Shown in pieces: positions 22,021 to 33,875 of a DNA stretch of 64,000 bases (position 1 is its first letter; every line of letters starts with the position of its first letter). This DNA is from Setoptus koraiensis (taxonomy: Eukaryota > Animalia > Arthropoda), in the NCBI GenBank assembly GCA_048013815.1, contig CM106585.1, positions 7,006,001 to 7,070,000 on the forward strand, given 5' to 3'. A model generated the notes under the pieces. The model was given only the letters and a program-made list of their open reading frames with translations. It had not been told where the DNA came from and did not search any database. The position numbers were made by a program, and so were the translations under genes.

Positions 22021-23679
22021 CACAAGTGATACTGATTATGTCAGTATCTCGAGCGCTTAATTTTTTGGATGGACAAGTATGATAAGAATATAGGAGCGAG
22101 TATGTAACGACATGTCGGAGATAACCATCTTGATAGATACACCGATAGGCAATGGCAAGTTTTTCAAATTTCTACCATAGTTCGATGATCATGTCAACTG
22201 CCTGCATGCCGAAATTGGTGCAGTTCTAGCGGTCAATATTGCCAAAATGAACAAATTTGCGAGACACAACAAGTTGGCAATGGCGCACTATGTGTTATAT
22301 CGCGCAATTTGTGTGCGGTGTGCTATGCAAATGAGTCGTTTGGTCTGTTCAAAGCAGCTATAGAGTGTGACAAAATAAATCAAAATGTCTCAGATTTTCA
22401 ATATAGCTAGATACACATGTTGACTGCTTGCGTACAAGATTTGGTTAATTTATGATACCCAATTTAGTCACAATTAATAATTTTGCGAGACACAAAAAAT
22501 CAGCAATGGCGCACTATGTGTTATATCGCGCGACCTGTGTGCGGTGTGCTATGCGAATGAGTCGTTTGGTCTGTTCAAAGCAGCTATAGAGTGTGACAAA
22601 ATAAATCAAAATGTCTCAGATTTTCAATATAGCTAGATACACATGTTGACTGCTTGCGTACAAAATTTGGTTAATTTATGATACCCAATTTAGTCACAAT
22701 TAATAATTTTGCGAGACACAAAAAATCAGCAATGGCGCACTATGTGTTATATCGCGCATCATGCATGCATGTAGCTATAAATAACATACATACAGCCATG
22801 ATGAATATTCTTGATTGCTCAAAATAAGACGATCAACTCTTGAATATCTAAATATAACAGAGTCGAGGACATCAAATATAACGATCTGCTATTTTATTTT
22901 TGACAATAAACATACGGTTAAGGAATTCATATTTAGAGGTAATGTATTCAGACCATTCTCATCCGGTTTGACAGCTGCATTACCTCAGACGATGTTCAGT
23001 ACGATTGGTGATGATGAATTCAAATTGTGCGGAGCTGTCAGTAAACTAACAAATTGTTTTGTGATTCAAATAATATGTAACAACTGGTATATCTTCTGAT
23101 CGATCTTTCGCGCAACACTCATGTTGATAAACGTGTCATTTTCTAAGCGTTTCATTGTACTAAATCCGTCTAGTTTTTGCACTCCCAACTTCCCCAGTGC
23201 TAAATTCAAACTGTAAACAGCTAGCATGATCACATGCTAATTTTTACCAGTTAGCGTCTCAGCCTCTACTGTATAATTTATTTCTAAAAACTCCGCCTCC
23301 TAGCCTTACGTGTGCTAGATTTTAAGAGTCAACATTTTAGCGTTTCATTGTGCTAAATCTGTCTAGTTTTTGCACTCCTAACTTCCCCAGTGCTAAATTC
23401 AATTTGTAAACAGCTAGTATTATCGCATGCTAATTTTTACTAGTTAGCGTCTCAGCCTTCACTGTATAATTGTTTCCTAATGACTCCGCCTCCTAGCTTT
23501 CTCTGCACTAACAAACTAGATAGATTCACAACAATGAAGCCTACAAAATGCTCACCAACGCCTCCGCTGTGCTAATTTTTTCTAGAAGGAGAAAAGCACT
23601 GATTTGTTCTGTCACGTGAATAAACGTAGTCATAATCACCACCCCAATAGCTACTTAATTAAAATTAAGCGCTAAAAAA
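22021..23679 (-). mobile_element. Full-length HINE (~1.65 kb) with internal duplications and a captured segment
   Basis: 3' motif at ~22021-22064; 5' motif at ~23654-23679; ~227-bp and ~193-bp internal tandem duplications; unique segment ~22790-23150. Confidence 0.8.
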
Positions 23680-23680
23680 T

Positions 23681-23905
23681 TGACACAGTGTCATTGCTGA
23701 GAATCCAGCAGTTCTCAGCAATGACACGTACAATTAGCATAGTCAAAGGCACGTAAAAATTGACACAGTGTCATTGCTGAGGATTCAGCAGTTCTCAGCA
23801 ATGACACGTACAATTAGCACAGCAGAAGGCATACATTTGAGTCGCACAGTGTCATTGCTGAGGATTCAGTAGTTCTCAGCAATGACACGTACAATTTGTA
23901 CAGCA
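23681..23905. repeat. Three ~80-bp units, each with a 14-bp-stem hairpin
   Basis: GTGTCATTGCTGAG-loop-CTCAGCAATGACAC; CACAGTG at 23684, 23764 and 23845. Confidence 0.9.
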
Positions 23906-25265
23906 GAATATTTGAGTGAAATGAATTTTGATTGCACAGAACGAACACAATGCATCACATGACACACATCGAGCCATTGCTTCTCGGTGTATGTATTTAA
24001 ATTAATTATCGTGGCCAAAGACGCATAATTCGGTCGTTTTACGTAATAGCTGAGAAAATTTCAGATCACTGCACCCACACGTTCAATCAACCTTTTCTGC
24101 GGTATTTGACGGGGTTACATAGTGTGATAACAACGATCTCTGTAATTTTCATTCACCACACATATATCAATTTATCGATTGTGAACTTTAACTGGTTATC
24201 ATATACGCCCCCAAATTTTCAATCGATACTCGTCCACTCAAAAAATTAAGCGCTCGAAATACTGATTTGATCAGTATTACTTGTTTCCCATGCTAGACAA
24301 CAGTTTCAAAAATCTGTGCCTGTGCCTCTATCTAAATCGAGTTCTCGGGATCCTCACAGTAAGATGTGCAGGTTCACGATGAACAGTCCGTTCTTCCACT
24401 TCCGGTCGTGCAGGGATTGCAGTCATGTGAGCGGAGTCAGAGCGATGGTCAGAGTTCGATGGTCATAATTCGAACTTCGAAATTCGAAATTGATGCACTA
24501 TAACAAAGTGTTTGCCATTGACTAATTGGTGTGTCTAACTAAATTACTCATTGTGGCGAAACTGACCATTAGAATCTTACTCAATTTTGTACGCAAGCAA
24601 TCAATATGTACATCATGCTGCGATAGAAATTTGGAGAACTTCTATTTATTCTGTCATCTTTTCGGCTACTCTGATCTGACAGGCATAGATGTCAATCTCC
24701 GACATGTTGTCACATACTCGCATCAATATGTTTCTAATTAAGTGGCCGAGACGATATATATATAAATATAAGAATTATCTAGTCTAATTAACAATTCCGT
24801 GGCTTCTCAGTTTATATGTATGAGCGTAGTTTCCTATGTGATTATATATTGCAATGTGCACTTGGTGAAATATTTATTGATATGTCCAACGGAGTCATTA
24901 GTGGATAATAATATACGAAACTATTTCTAATTGAGTGATATATAATGTAATAATCTCGATGCAATGTATTTCTTACGCAAAAAATACATTGCCTCAAGTT
25001 CAAAAAGTTTTTTCTGCCAGTGCGCATGACGACGGAAGCGCGCGCGCGAATTATAGTACAGGTCCCCGAACGATCGGGGCATGTAGTCACGTGACTGCTC
25101 TCCTATGGTGGCTGGGCTCGAGAGGGAGCGGAGCAAAGACGAGCACGTTCTAAGACTTCATTCTAACAGCGAAGAAGGTAAGGCCCCAGGAGACTTCAGA
25201 AAGCGATGGAGAAAATGGAGAACGTCTTATGGATCAATAAAAAATTTGTACTTGAGTTGATTGCC

Positions 25266-26256
25266 TTTTTTTAGCGCTCAAATTTAATTAAGCTGCTATT
25301 GGGGTGGTGATGATGACTAGGTTTATTCACGTGACTATGTAATCCTATGGAGGTTTGACTTAGTCAAATTTGTGAGAATCCTGCTAGATATTACACATGT
25401 ATTCCGATGTAGATTTGACTTGGTCTATTATCGCTTTACTCGAAAATATTTCGTATGCAATACTATGGAGATTTGACTAGGTCGAATTTGTGAGGAGCTC
25501 GGTGGTGACAAATCGAACTTCAAAATTGAAAATTCGAATTTCTAATAAGAGTTTTAGCTGCTCGTTCAAAGTTAGTGGTTGAGTGTTCTTAGTTCTACGG
25601 TCAGAGTTCGGTGGTCACATTTCGAACTTCGAAATTCGAAATTGAAAATTCGATTCTCTGATGATAGTTCCATCTGCTTCGTTGAAGTTCGATGGTTACA
25701 ATTCGAAGTTCGGTGGCCACAATTCGAACTTCGAAATTCGAAATTGAAAATTCGATTTTCTGATGATAGTTTCATCTGCTCTGTCGGAGTTCGGTGGTCA
25801 GTGTTCGATGGTCAGAGTTCGATGGTCACATTTCGAACTTCGAAATTCGAAATTGAAAATTCGATTTTCTGATGATAGTCTCAGCTTCTCTGCCGGAGTT
25901 CGATGGTCGGAGTTCGATGTTCAGAGTTCGGGGGTCAGAGTTCGATGGTCACAATCCGAACTTCGAACTTCGAAATTCGAAACTGAAAATTCAAATTTCT
26001 GATGATAGTTTCATCTGCTTCGTTGAAGTTCGATGATCAGATTTCGATAGTGGTGGGCAATCAACATGTGTATCATGCTGCGATAGAAATTTGAAGAACT
26101 TGTATTTATTTGGTCGCTCCTCGGCTGCTCTGATCTGACAAGCATAGTTGTTTATCTCCGACATGTTATCACATACTCCGGTCTATGTTCCAAGGATACT
26201 CGTTTATCCAAAAAATTAAGCGCTCGAGATACTGATTGAATCAGTATCACTTGTTT
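25266..26256 (+). mobile_element. Full-length HINE (~990 bp), TTCGAA cassette
   Basis: 5' T7-AGCGCTCAAATTTAATTAAGC; 3' AAATTAAGCGCTCGAGATACTGATTGAATCAGTATCACTTGTT. Confidence 0.85.
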
Positions 26257-27960
26257 CTACTTTATATTATTCGAATCTATCTCCATCAGAGTCACTGTGG
26301 ATACGTGTCAAATATAACAAATGGATTTGACAGGATGTATCAGATTACCACCTCCGATGCTGGATGACACAATGCCAGAGGACAACGTTAAAACTCAACA
26401 TATGGATAGACGAGTATCGTTGGAATAAGGATGCGAGTATGTGACACCATGTCAGAGATGACATTTCAGCCTACACACTCACTAAGATTTGATTATACCA
26501 GTGCTAATGTTTGCAAGTAATGGCTGACCTAGAGGACAGCTATTCCGGCTATGGCACCGACATCGAAGGATGATGACGATATGATGGTGGACGAAGAATT
26601 ATGGGATCCAGAATTTGGACTGGATCTAGACGACGTCCAATATGATAATGTCGTCATATATGGCCTGAGATCATATCCATTGGATGTGGACAATATAATG
26701 CCTTATGGATACGATCAATGAAAAGATAGTATTATTTTCTCTTGGCAATCGTGCTTTAGAAATGTGCATTCATTCTCTATGAGGTCATGTAATGAGGAGA
26801 TGAACATGGCATTGACGCTGTTCCACAATCAAGCTGCTCATTATTGTGGATGTGAGCCATCTTGGCGCTCTTGCCCGTTCGCACTCTCGTTGAATCTGTG
26901 GAAGTGAGCCATCAATGTGCTTCTGCCCATTCGCCTGTCAGCACGCAGTAATTTCTATCTAAGAGGTTAGGACAGTTTATTAAGTAGTGATAAGTGCTAG
27001 CTGTCTCTAGAAAGTTTCAAGAATTTATCCTGGTGAGAACAGTTCCGAAGGTCGCACATACTGTATGGGCACATGTGCTCATTTAGATGGCGAGTTTATT
27101 GGACAAACAGCTTCCCAAGATTGGAAATTTGTTTGTCATGATAGCACATTGTCGAAAACTTCTGAATGAAATGAATAAAATAAAAATCTATATTTAAACT
27201 AATATATTGGGGAAGTGGGATTCTCTTCAGCTCTAAGGAGCATATGTATCACCTTGGAGTTATTATGTGTAACCTTCACTACTTGCTCAGGAGGTGGACT
27301 GACATTTGATACTTGAATGAGAGTGTAGATAGCTGTATGCAAGGAAGGTGTACTATATTCTTAGTCTCAAACTAATGCATAGATAGTTTAAGCTTAGGAG
27401 GTGGACTGATTGCTTAGGCTCAAAATATTCAACCTCCCAGGCATGAGTCACCCCACGCTATTTGATATAGCTTAACCCATCTCGTTATAGCCTCGGTCCA
27501 CCTCCTCACTATCCATTAACCCCTGCATGAGCCCGAGACTCGAAATTCAGTCCATCTCCCTAGTAAATGTGCGTTGGGGAGGTGGCGAACTTTTGAGTGT
27601 ATCTCCCACCTCCCGAGCACTGATTGTACTAGTGCTAATGTTTGCAAGCACATAGCGTGTGACTTTAAAGATCGAAAACTGTGAATATCCACAAATAAAT
27701 CGGTACGTGAATATTCACTGGCAAACAAAATCAAGGTATTCACAAGCACACAGCGCGTGAATCACCACAGCACTATTACCATCATAGCGTGCGTGGATAT
27801 TCATGCGTGATCTTCAGGATCCAACAACACTACATCATAAGCACTTAATTAAAATTGAGCGCTAAAAATAGCACTGATTTGCTCTGTCACTTGAATAAAC
27901 CTAGTCATCATCACCACCCCAATAGCAACATAATTAAAATTAAGCCGTAAAAATTAAAAG

Positions 27961-28436
27961 ATGGCTATAAACTAAGAAATTAAATCCTTGCTCGATAATG
28001 AAATTTGGTCATTCGCTTATGCTCCCGTCGATCGCAAGCTATTAATGGCTAGATGGCTCTTCAAGCGCAAAACTCTCCCAAATGGAGAGCTTGATAAGTT
28101 TAAAGCCAGACTGGTCGTTAGAGGTTTCAAACAAATATATGGATAAGATTACAATGACAATTACGCGTCCATAGTTAGACATGAAACCATACGCTGTTTT
28201 ATTGCTGTCTGTTTCAGCAAGCGATTATCAATACTGCAATTCGATGTCGCGACAGCCTTTTTGAATGGAGTACTTATGGAAGATATATACATGCTACCTC
28301 CAGATGACATCTATTGCCCAACAGGCATAGTTCTGAAGCTGAAAAAATCATTGAATGGTTTGAAGCAAGCACCACGCTGCTGGCAACAGAAGCTCAGCAT
28401 AGTAATCGAAAAATATGGCTTGAAACCAACATAGAT
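27961..28436 (+). mobile_element. Ty1/copia reverse transcriptase fragment (RVT_2)
   Basis: MAIN*EIKSLLDNEIW...RWLFKRK...KFKARLVVRGFKQIYG*DY...LQFDVATAFLNG...LKLKKSLNGLKQAPRCW; in-frame stops. Confidence 0.92.
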
Positions 28437-28588
28437 GCGGTTAAAACAAGCGCTTAATTTTTTTGATAGACGAATATCGTTGGAATATAGATGCGAGTAT
28501 GTGACAACATGTCGGAGATAAACATCTATGCCTGTCAGATCAGAGTAGCCGAAAAGATGGCAGAATAAATCCTTGTTCTCCAAATTTC

Positions 28589-29448
28589 GGTTGTTCTAGC
28601 GAATAGTGCCACACCCAGATTCTGATGAAACTTCCGGTATAGGTTCATCTTGACCTCAATAGAACGAAAAAAGTGGTCCGGAAGTGCGGAAACTTCCGGT
28701 TCCGGTTTTACCTCAAGTCAGAGCTGGAGGTCTAAAACTCACCATAATAGCGTTCCAAAAGACGCTGAACACGATGGCATAATTTTCAGCTCGGTGCGAC
28801 TTCCGGTTCTCAGGATATCGGCTTATTTATAGGTTTGGAAGACCGGAAGTTGACGAATTTCAGCTTCGCTGCACTCGGGTATGGACCTGCGATGGGTCTG
28901 AGAACTCGGCCTGCGGCCTCGTAATCTGGATGCCGTCACATCTCCGTCGTCGCTCCCGCGACGACTGCGTGCGACGGGAACCCTTCGGGTAGGGTTGATG
29001 AGCGCTTCGGGTATCGGGCTTCGCCCTCTACCCTCCGCTCACGTGACTGCAATCCATGGAAAATTCTTAGTTGAAGAAATGCGACGATAGAAACTGAATT
29101 CATCACAATGATGCGTATCATCAAGAATCGGAAAGATATCGGGATGAAATGGCGCACGTATATACTCGTGCGCGCGGATGCTTCGTTCCGAGCGGAATAC
29201 CCGCGCGGTTTTTCCTTAATATCTCTAGAACCGAGAGCCGCACACAAGTGAAACGAACTCCGTTGTACTCAGCACGGTTGCATCCTGCTGTTCATCAAGT
29301 TTCATGGCTCTAGCTTGAAGTTTGTGTAAAACCGGAACCGGAAGTTTCCGCACTTCCGGACTAGCGAATCTGTTGTTTGGGGGGCCTTCGGGGCCCATAT
29401 GTGAAGTTTGGTTGAAATCTGAGTGTGGCACTATTCGCTAGAACACCC
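28589..29448. mobile_element. Long-TIR MITE (860 bp) inserted in a HINE
   Basis: Perfect TSD CAAATTTC (28581-28588 and 29449-29456); excision restores the HINE consensus GTTCTCCAAATTTCTATCGC seen at ~713-732. Confidence 0.9.
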
Positions 29449-30195
29449 CAAATTTCTATCGCAGCATGATACACATGTTGATTGCTTGCGTACAGAATTG
29501 AGTAAGATTCTAATGGTCAGTTTCGCCACAATGGGTAATGTAGTTAGACACACCAATTAGTCAATAGCGCACACTTTGTTATAGTGCGTCAATTTCGAAT
29601 CTCGAAGTTTCAAATGTGACCATCGAACACTGACCATCGATCATAGAACGAACCAAACCAATCCAAACACAGCTGCAGGCGGGGAGAGTGAACGAACCAA
29701 CCAACAAAGAATAACAAGTAAGAAACAAGGGGAAACGAATTTCTACCTATTTGTTGTAATAATTTTAATCTTAAATCCAATTATCAGACCAAGTCGTTGT
29801 ATATAAGTATATAAGTTATATTCAGGGTTAGAATGACCGAAACAGACACGGATACAGGGTGTTACGCGCACGAGGCACAGGATGGGTCCGCTCACCGCGA
29901 CTGCACAGGGCCCGGTCATACCCTCATTCTGCGTCAAACAGCTTTATCGAAGTAACCGGAAGTGGTAGAAAATTAATTTCGATATCATCAAGCTCCGCCA
30001 GGCGTCATCTTTTTGATTATGAATTTTCAAAGCTCTATCTCAATCTTTTGGTAACTCCGGAACCGGAAGTTTCCTGGCTTCCGGTCTACTCATTCCATGA
30101 AACGAGGCCCATACGGAGCCCATGTGTGAATTCTTATCGAAATCTGAGTGGGGACCTAATCGCTAGAACACCCGAACTTCGAAATTGAAAATTCG

Positions 30196-30974
30196 GGGTG
30201 TTGTTGCGAATAGTACCCCAGTCTGATTTCAATGAAACTTCACACACGGGGCCCGTAGGGTCCTCAAATGATAACCTTGGTGGTCTGGAAGTGCGGAAAC
30301 TCCCGGTTCCGGTTTTACAGAAAAATTAAGATACGGACTTGAAACACGCTATACATCTAGCTGAAAGCACGCTGAGTACGATACAATAAATTTCAAGTCT
30401 GAACAACTTCCGGTTCACAAGATATTCGGTGGAAACCGCTGCGAGGGCGGTGACGGGACGGAATATCGACCAAATACTTGCGACAGCAGGCTCGTATTGA
30501 TCAACACAAAAGCCTGCGCCACTTCCGGGGGAGAGGAGGGTAGAGGGCGAAGCCCGATACCCGAAGCGCTCATCGACCCTACCCGAAGGGTTCCCGTCGC
30601 ACGCAGTCGTCGCGGATGCGACGACGAAGATGTGACGGCCTCCAAATTACGAGGCCGCAGGCCGAGTTCTCAGACCTATCGCAGGTTCATACCCGAGTCA
30701 GCGAAGCTGAAATTCGTCTACTTCCGGTCTTCCAAACCTATAAATATGCCGATATCTTGAAAACTGGAAGTAGCACAGAGTTGAAATTACGCCATCATAT
30801 CTAGCGTGGTCAGTATCGTCTCTCTGGTGAGTTTCAGACCTCTAGCTTCTACTTCGTGTGAAACCGGAAGTTCCCGCGCTTCCGGACTCACTTTTCCGGT
30901 CTATTGGGATCAAGACATACCCGTATCGGATGTTTCGTCAAAATCAGAGCGGGGCACTAATCGCTCCAACAACC
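30196..30974. mobile_element. Long-TIR MITE (779 bp) inserted in a TTCGAA cassette
   Basis: TSD AAAATTCG (30188-30195) / AGAATTCG (30975-30982); core in reverse orientation ~30535-30710. Confidence 0.85.
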
Positions 30975-31366
30975 AGAATTCGAATTCCTGATAAGAGTTA
31001 CAGCTGCTCGTTCGATATTCGTGGTTAAGTGTTCGTAGTTCGATGGTTTCAATTCGGAGTTCGGTTGTCACATTTCGAACTACCAAATTTGAAATTGATA
31101 ATTCAAATTTCTGATAACAGTTTCATCTGCTTCGTCGAAGTTCGATGATCAGAGTTCGATGGTGGTGGGCAATCAACATTTGTATCATGCTGCGATAGAA
31201 ATTGGAAGAACTTGTATTTATTTGGTCGCTCCTCGGCTGCTCTGATCTGACAAGCATAGTTGTTCATCTCTGAAATGTTATCACATACTCAGATCTATAT
31301 TCCAAGAATACTCGTTTATCCCAAAAATTAAGCGCTCGAGATACTGATTGAATCAGTATCACTTGT
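30975..31366 (+). mobile_element. HINE 3' part
   Basis: AAAAATTAAGCGCTCGAGATACTGATTGAATCAGTATCACTTGTT at ~31323-31366. Confidence 0.8.
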
Positions 31367-31649
31367 TTCTACTTTATATTATTTGAATCTATCTCCATCA
31401 GAGTCACTGTGGATACGTGTCAAATATAATAAATGGATTTGACAGGATGTATCAGATTACCACCTCCGATTCTGGATGACACAATGCCAGAGGACAACCT
31501 TAAAACTCAACATATGGAGAGGCTACTAGACAGTGGACTTAAGTCTTAATCAAGCTGAAGCTTACTGTGTGCTGGGTAAACGGAGTGAATAAAGTCTCAA
31601 ACTATTGTGCAGCTTACTATGTGCTAGAGAGGCGGAGTGACTCAAGTCT

Positions 31650-32517
31650 CAAACAAGTGTGACTCAATCTCTGCCCATTCAGATGTCACTTATCTGACAG
31701 AGTCCGAGGTCACCAGCTTCATGTCGAAGATCCGACTTGAGGCCAGAAAATTCAAGGTGGACTTCATTAACCCGAAAGCACTTGACACCCATAACATGAA
31801 TCAGTTAACAGGTCCTTCAGTCTCGAACTTTGAAGTCCTGCTTTCGAATTTGGAGGTTTCTCCATCCGATTCTCAAAATCGCAATGCTGCCGGGCATTGT
31901 CCCATGCGCTTGGGACTCAGTCTGAGGGACTAAGCTCGTTTCACCGATATACACTACTCGACAATCTCGAGAAATGTGAGGGAAATGAGAGATCGTCTGA
32001 CAGACTTGTCCGTCCGCTCCAATATGGGATTTGAAGCTATCAGTCGAGACACCGCACTTGCCCATACAAGAGTTAAGGCGAAGCGCCTCTTTTGCCCAGC
32101 CTATGAGACTGCTGCACCTTTGATTATGGACGGAACGTACATATAGGCCCAATAATCAAATGAATTTAACATCCATCAAATCACATGGTCGATGCAGAAG
32201 GGCCGCCATATGGTCAAGCCTTTCACAGTTTGCAAGACGATGGTTTCATTGGGGCCATGTTAGGGCCATTTCAAGCAAAAAATAACGAAGCCTCCATACT
32301 CAACTCGCAGCTGGCCCAAGCAGGTAGCGAGTTGAAGGAATGGCTTCAAGAATCCGATGTATTCATACTTGACAGAGGCTTGAAGCACACGCTTTACCTG
32401 CTCGACAGACTCGACATCAGAGAGGAGATGCCCTGTTTCATTGCAAAAAGCAAGAAAAAGCCTGAGACGATCGAGGCCAATTGTTCTCGCCAGGTGACAT
32501 CAATCAGATGGGCCAAC
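31650..32517 (+). mobile_element. Decayed ISL2EU/PIF-Harbinger-type (DDE_Tnp_4) transposase
   Basis: MRLGLS...STISRNV...NMGFEAISR...IMDGTYI*AQ*S...TWSMQKGRHMVKPF..C..DGFI...NNEASIL...DVFILDRG...IEANCSRQVTSIRW; stops and a frameshift. Confidence 0.85.
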
Positions 32518-32569
32518 CAACCAACCAGCAGCAGCAAATGCGACAACAGTAACCAGCAACAACATCACT

Positions 32570-33192
32570 GACCATCGAACATAGAACAAGCAGCTGAAAC
32601 TCTCATCAGAAATTCGAATTTTCAATTCCGAAGTTCGAATTGTCACCACAGAACTCTGACCACCGAACATCGAACGAGCAGCTGAAACTCTCATCAGGAA
32701 TTCGAATTTTCAATTTTCGAATTTCGAACTTCGAATTGTGACCATCGAACTCTGACCACGGAACTCTGACCATCGAACTCCGACCGAGCAGATGAAACTC
32801 TAATCAGAAATCCGAATGTTCAATTTCGAATTTCGAAGTTCGAAATGTTACCACCGAACTCTGACCATAGAACTAAGAACACTCAACCACTAACTTTGAA
32901 CGAGCAGCTAAAACTCTTATTAGAAATTCGAATTTCCAATTTTGAAGTTCGATTTGTCACCACCGAACTCCTCACAAATTCGACCTAGTCAAATCTACAT
33001 AAGATCGAATACGAAATATTTTCGAGTGAAGCGATAATAGACCAAGTCGAATCTATATAGGAATACATATGTAATGTCTAGCAGGATTCTCACAAATTTG
33101 ACTAAGTCCAACCTCCATAGGATTACATAGTCACGTGAATGAACGTATCTGCCAGAACCACATCAATAGCAGCTTAATTAAAATTAAGCGCT
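32570..33192 (-). mobile_element. HINE 5' part, TTCGAA cassette
   Basis: 5' motif GCTTAATTAAAATTAAGCGCTA at ~33172-33193; internal part is the reverse complement of 2760-3450-type sequence. Confidence 0.8.
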
Positions 33193-33239
33193 AATAAAAA
33201 TTGAGCGCTAATAACTACAAGACTCCATTATCATATACG

Positions 33240-33378
33240 ATGGATCCTCAATATAGTCGGGATCAAGCATTCAATCAGAATGAGAGAGATTTCCTGAAGG
33301 AAATGGTGAGAGAATATTCTCAGATTATCAACTCTCATCGCAATGATGCAAACGCCAAACGTTGCAAGGAGAGAGTTC
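33240..33378 (+). pseudogene. Myb/SANT-like DNA-binding domain fragment truncated by a MITE end
   Basis: RDQAFNQNERDFLKEMVREYSQIINSHRNDANAKRCKER fits the R..NF...E...L...v..y..ii..k..D......K pattern; MITE terminus GGGTGTT starts at 33379. Confidence 0.65.
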
Positions 33379-33875
33379 GGGTGTTCCATCGAATAGAAGC
33401 CAAGCCCTTTTACCTTCCAACTCGACACCCGGGCCCCGAAGGGGCCCTAAAGAACAGATAAAGTGGATGTTGTTCGGAACACGTACCAAGCCCGATTTCC
33501 TCCAAACTTCACACATGGGTCCGAAGGGGCCCTAAAGAACAAATATAGTGGTCTGGAAGTGCAGAAATTTCTACTTCCGGAGATATGGAAAAATGCATTT
33601 TTCGGGCCTCTGAGGGGCAATACCTCGCACGAGAAGTATGGGGTAGGGTACCTTTTGAGACCACTCTTGGGCCACTTCTACCATCTTTTTTTGTTTTTTT
33701 TTCAAAATGACCCAGTGAAATTTCCGCCAATCCTGTCTTCGGGGCCTTTTTGGGGCTCCAAACAGAAAAAAATCGAAAAATCGCGAAAAAGGCGTGACCG
33801 CGGGCCGAACCGGAAGTGGAACCCGGGTGAAAACACTTCTCTCGAGGTGCTCTACAATACCCATAGAAAGATTTA

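Noticed and set aside
23681-23905. CRISPR array
   Set aside because: Eukaryotic context, no cas genes, and the inter-hairpin segments are homologous to each other rather than unique spacers
1232-33000. ORF-track peptides such as FEFRTSKCDHRT, MGLKTRPAASYSGGRH and NIENIFINIVNKHNTL
   Set aside because: They are translations of repeat cassettes, the MITE core or the 48-bp array; open in several frames with no protein signature
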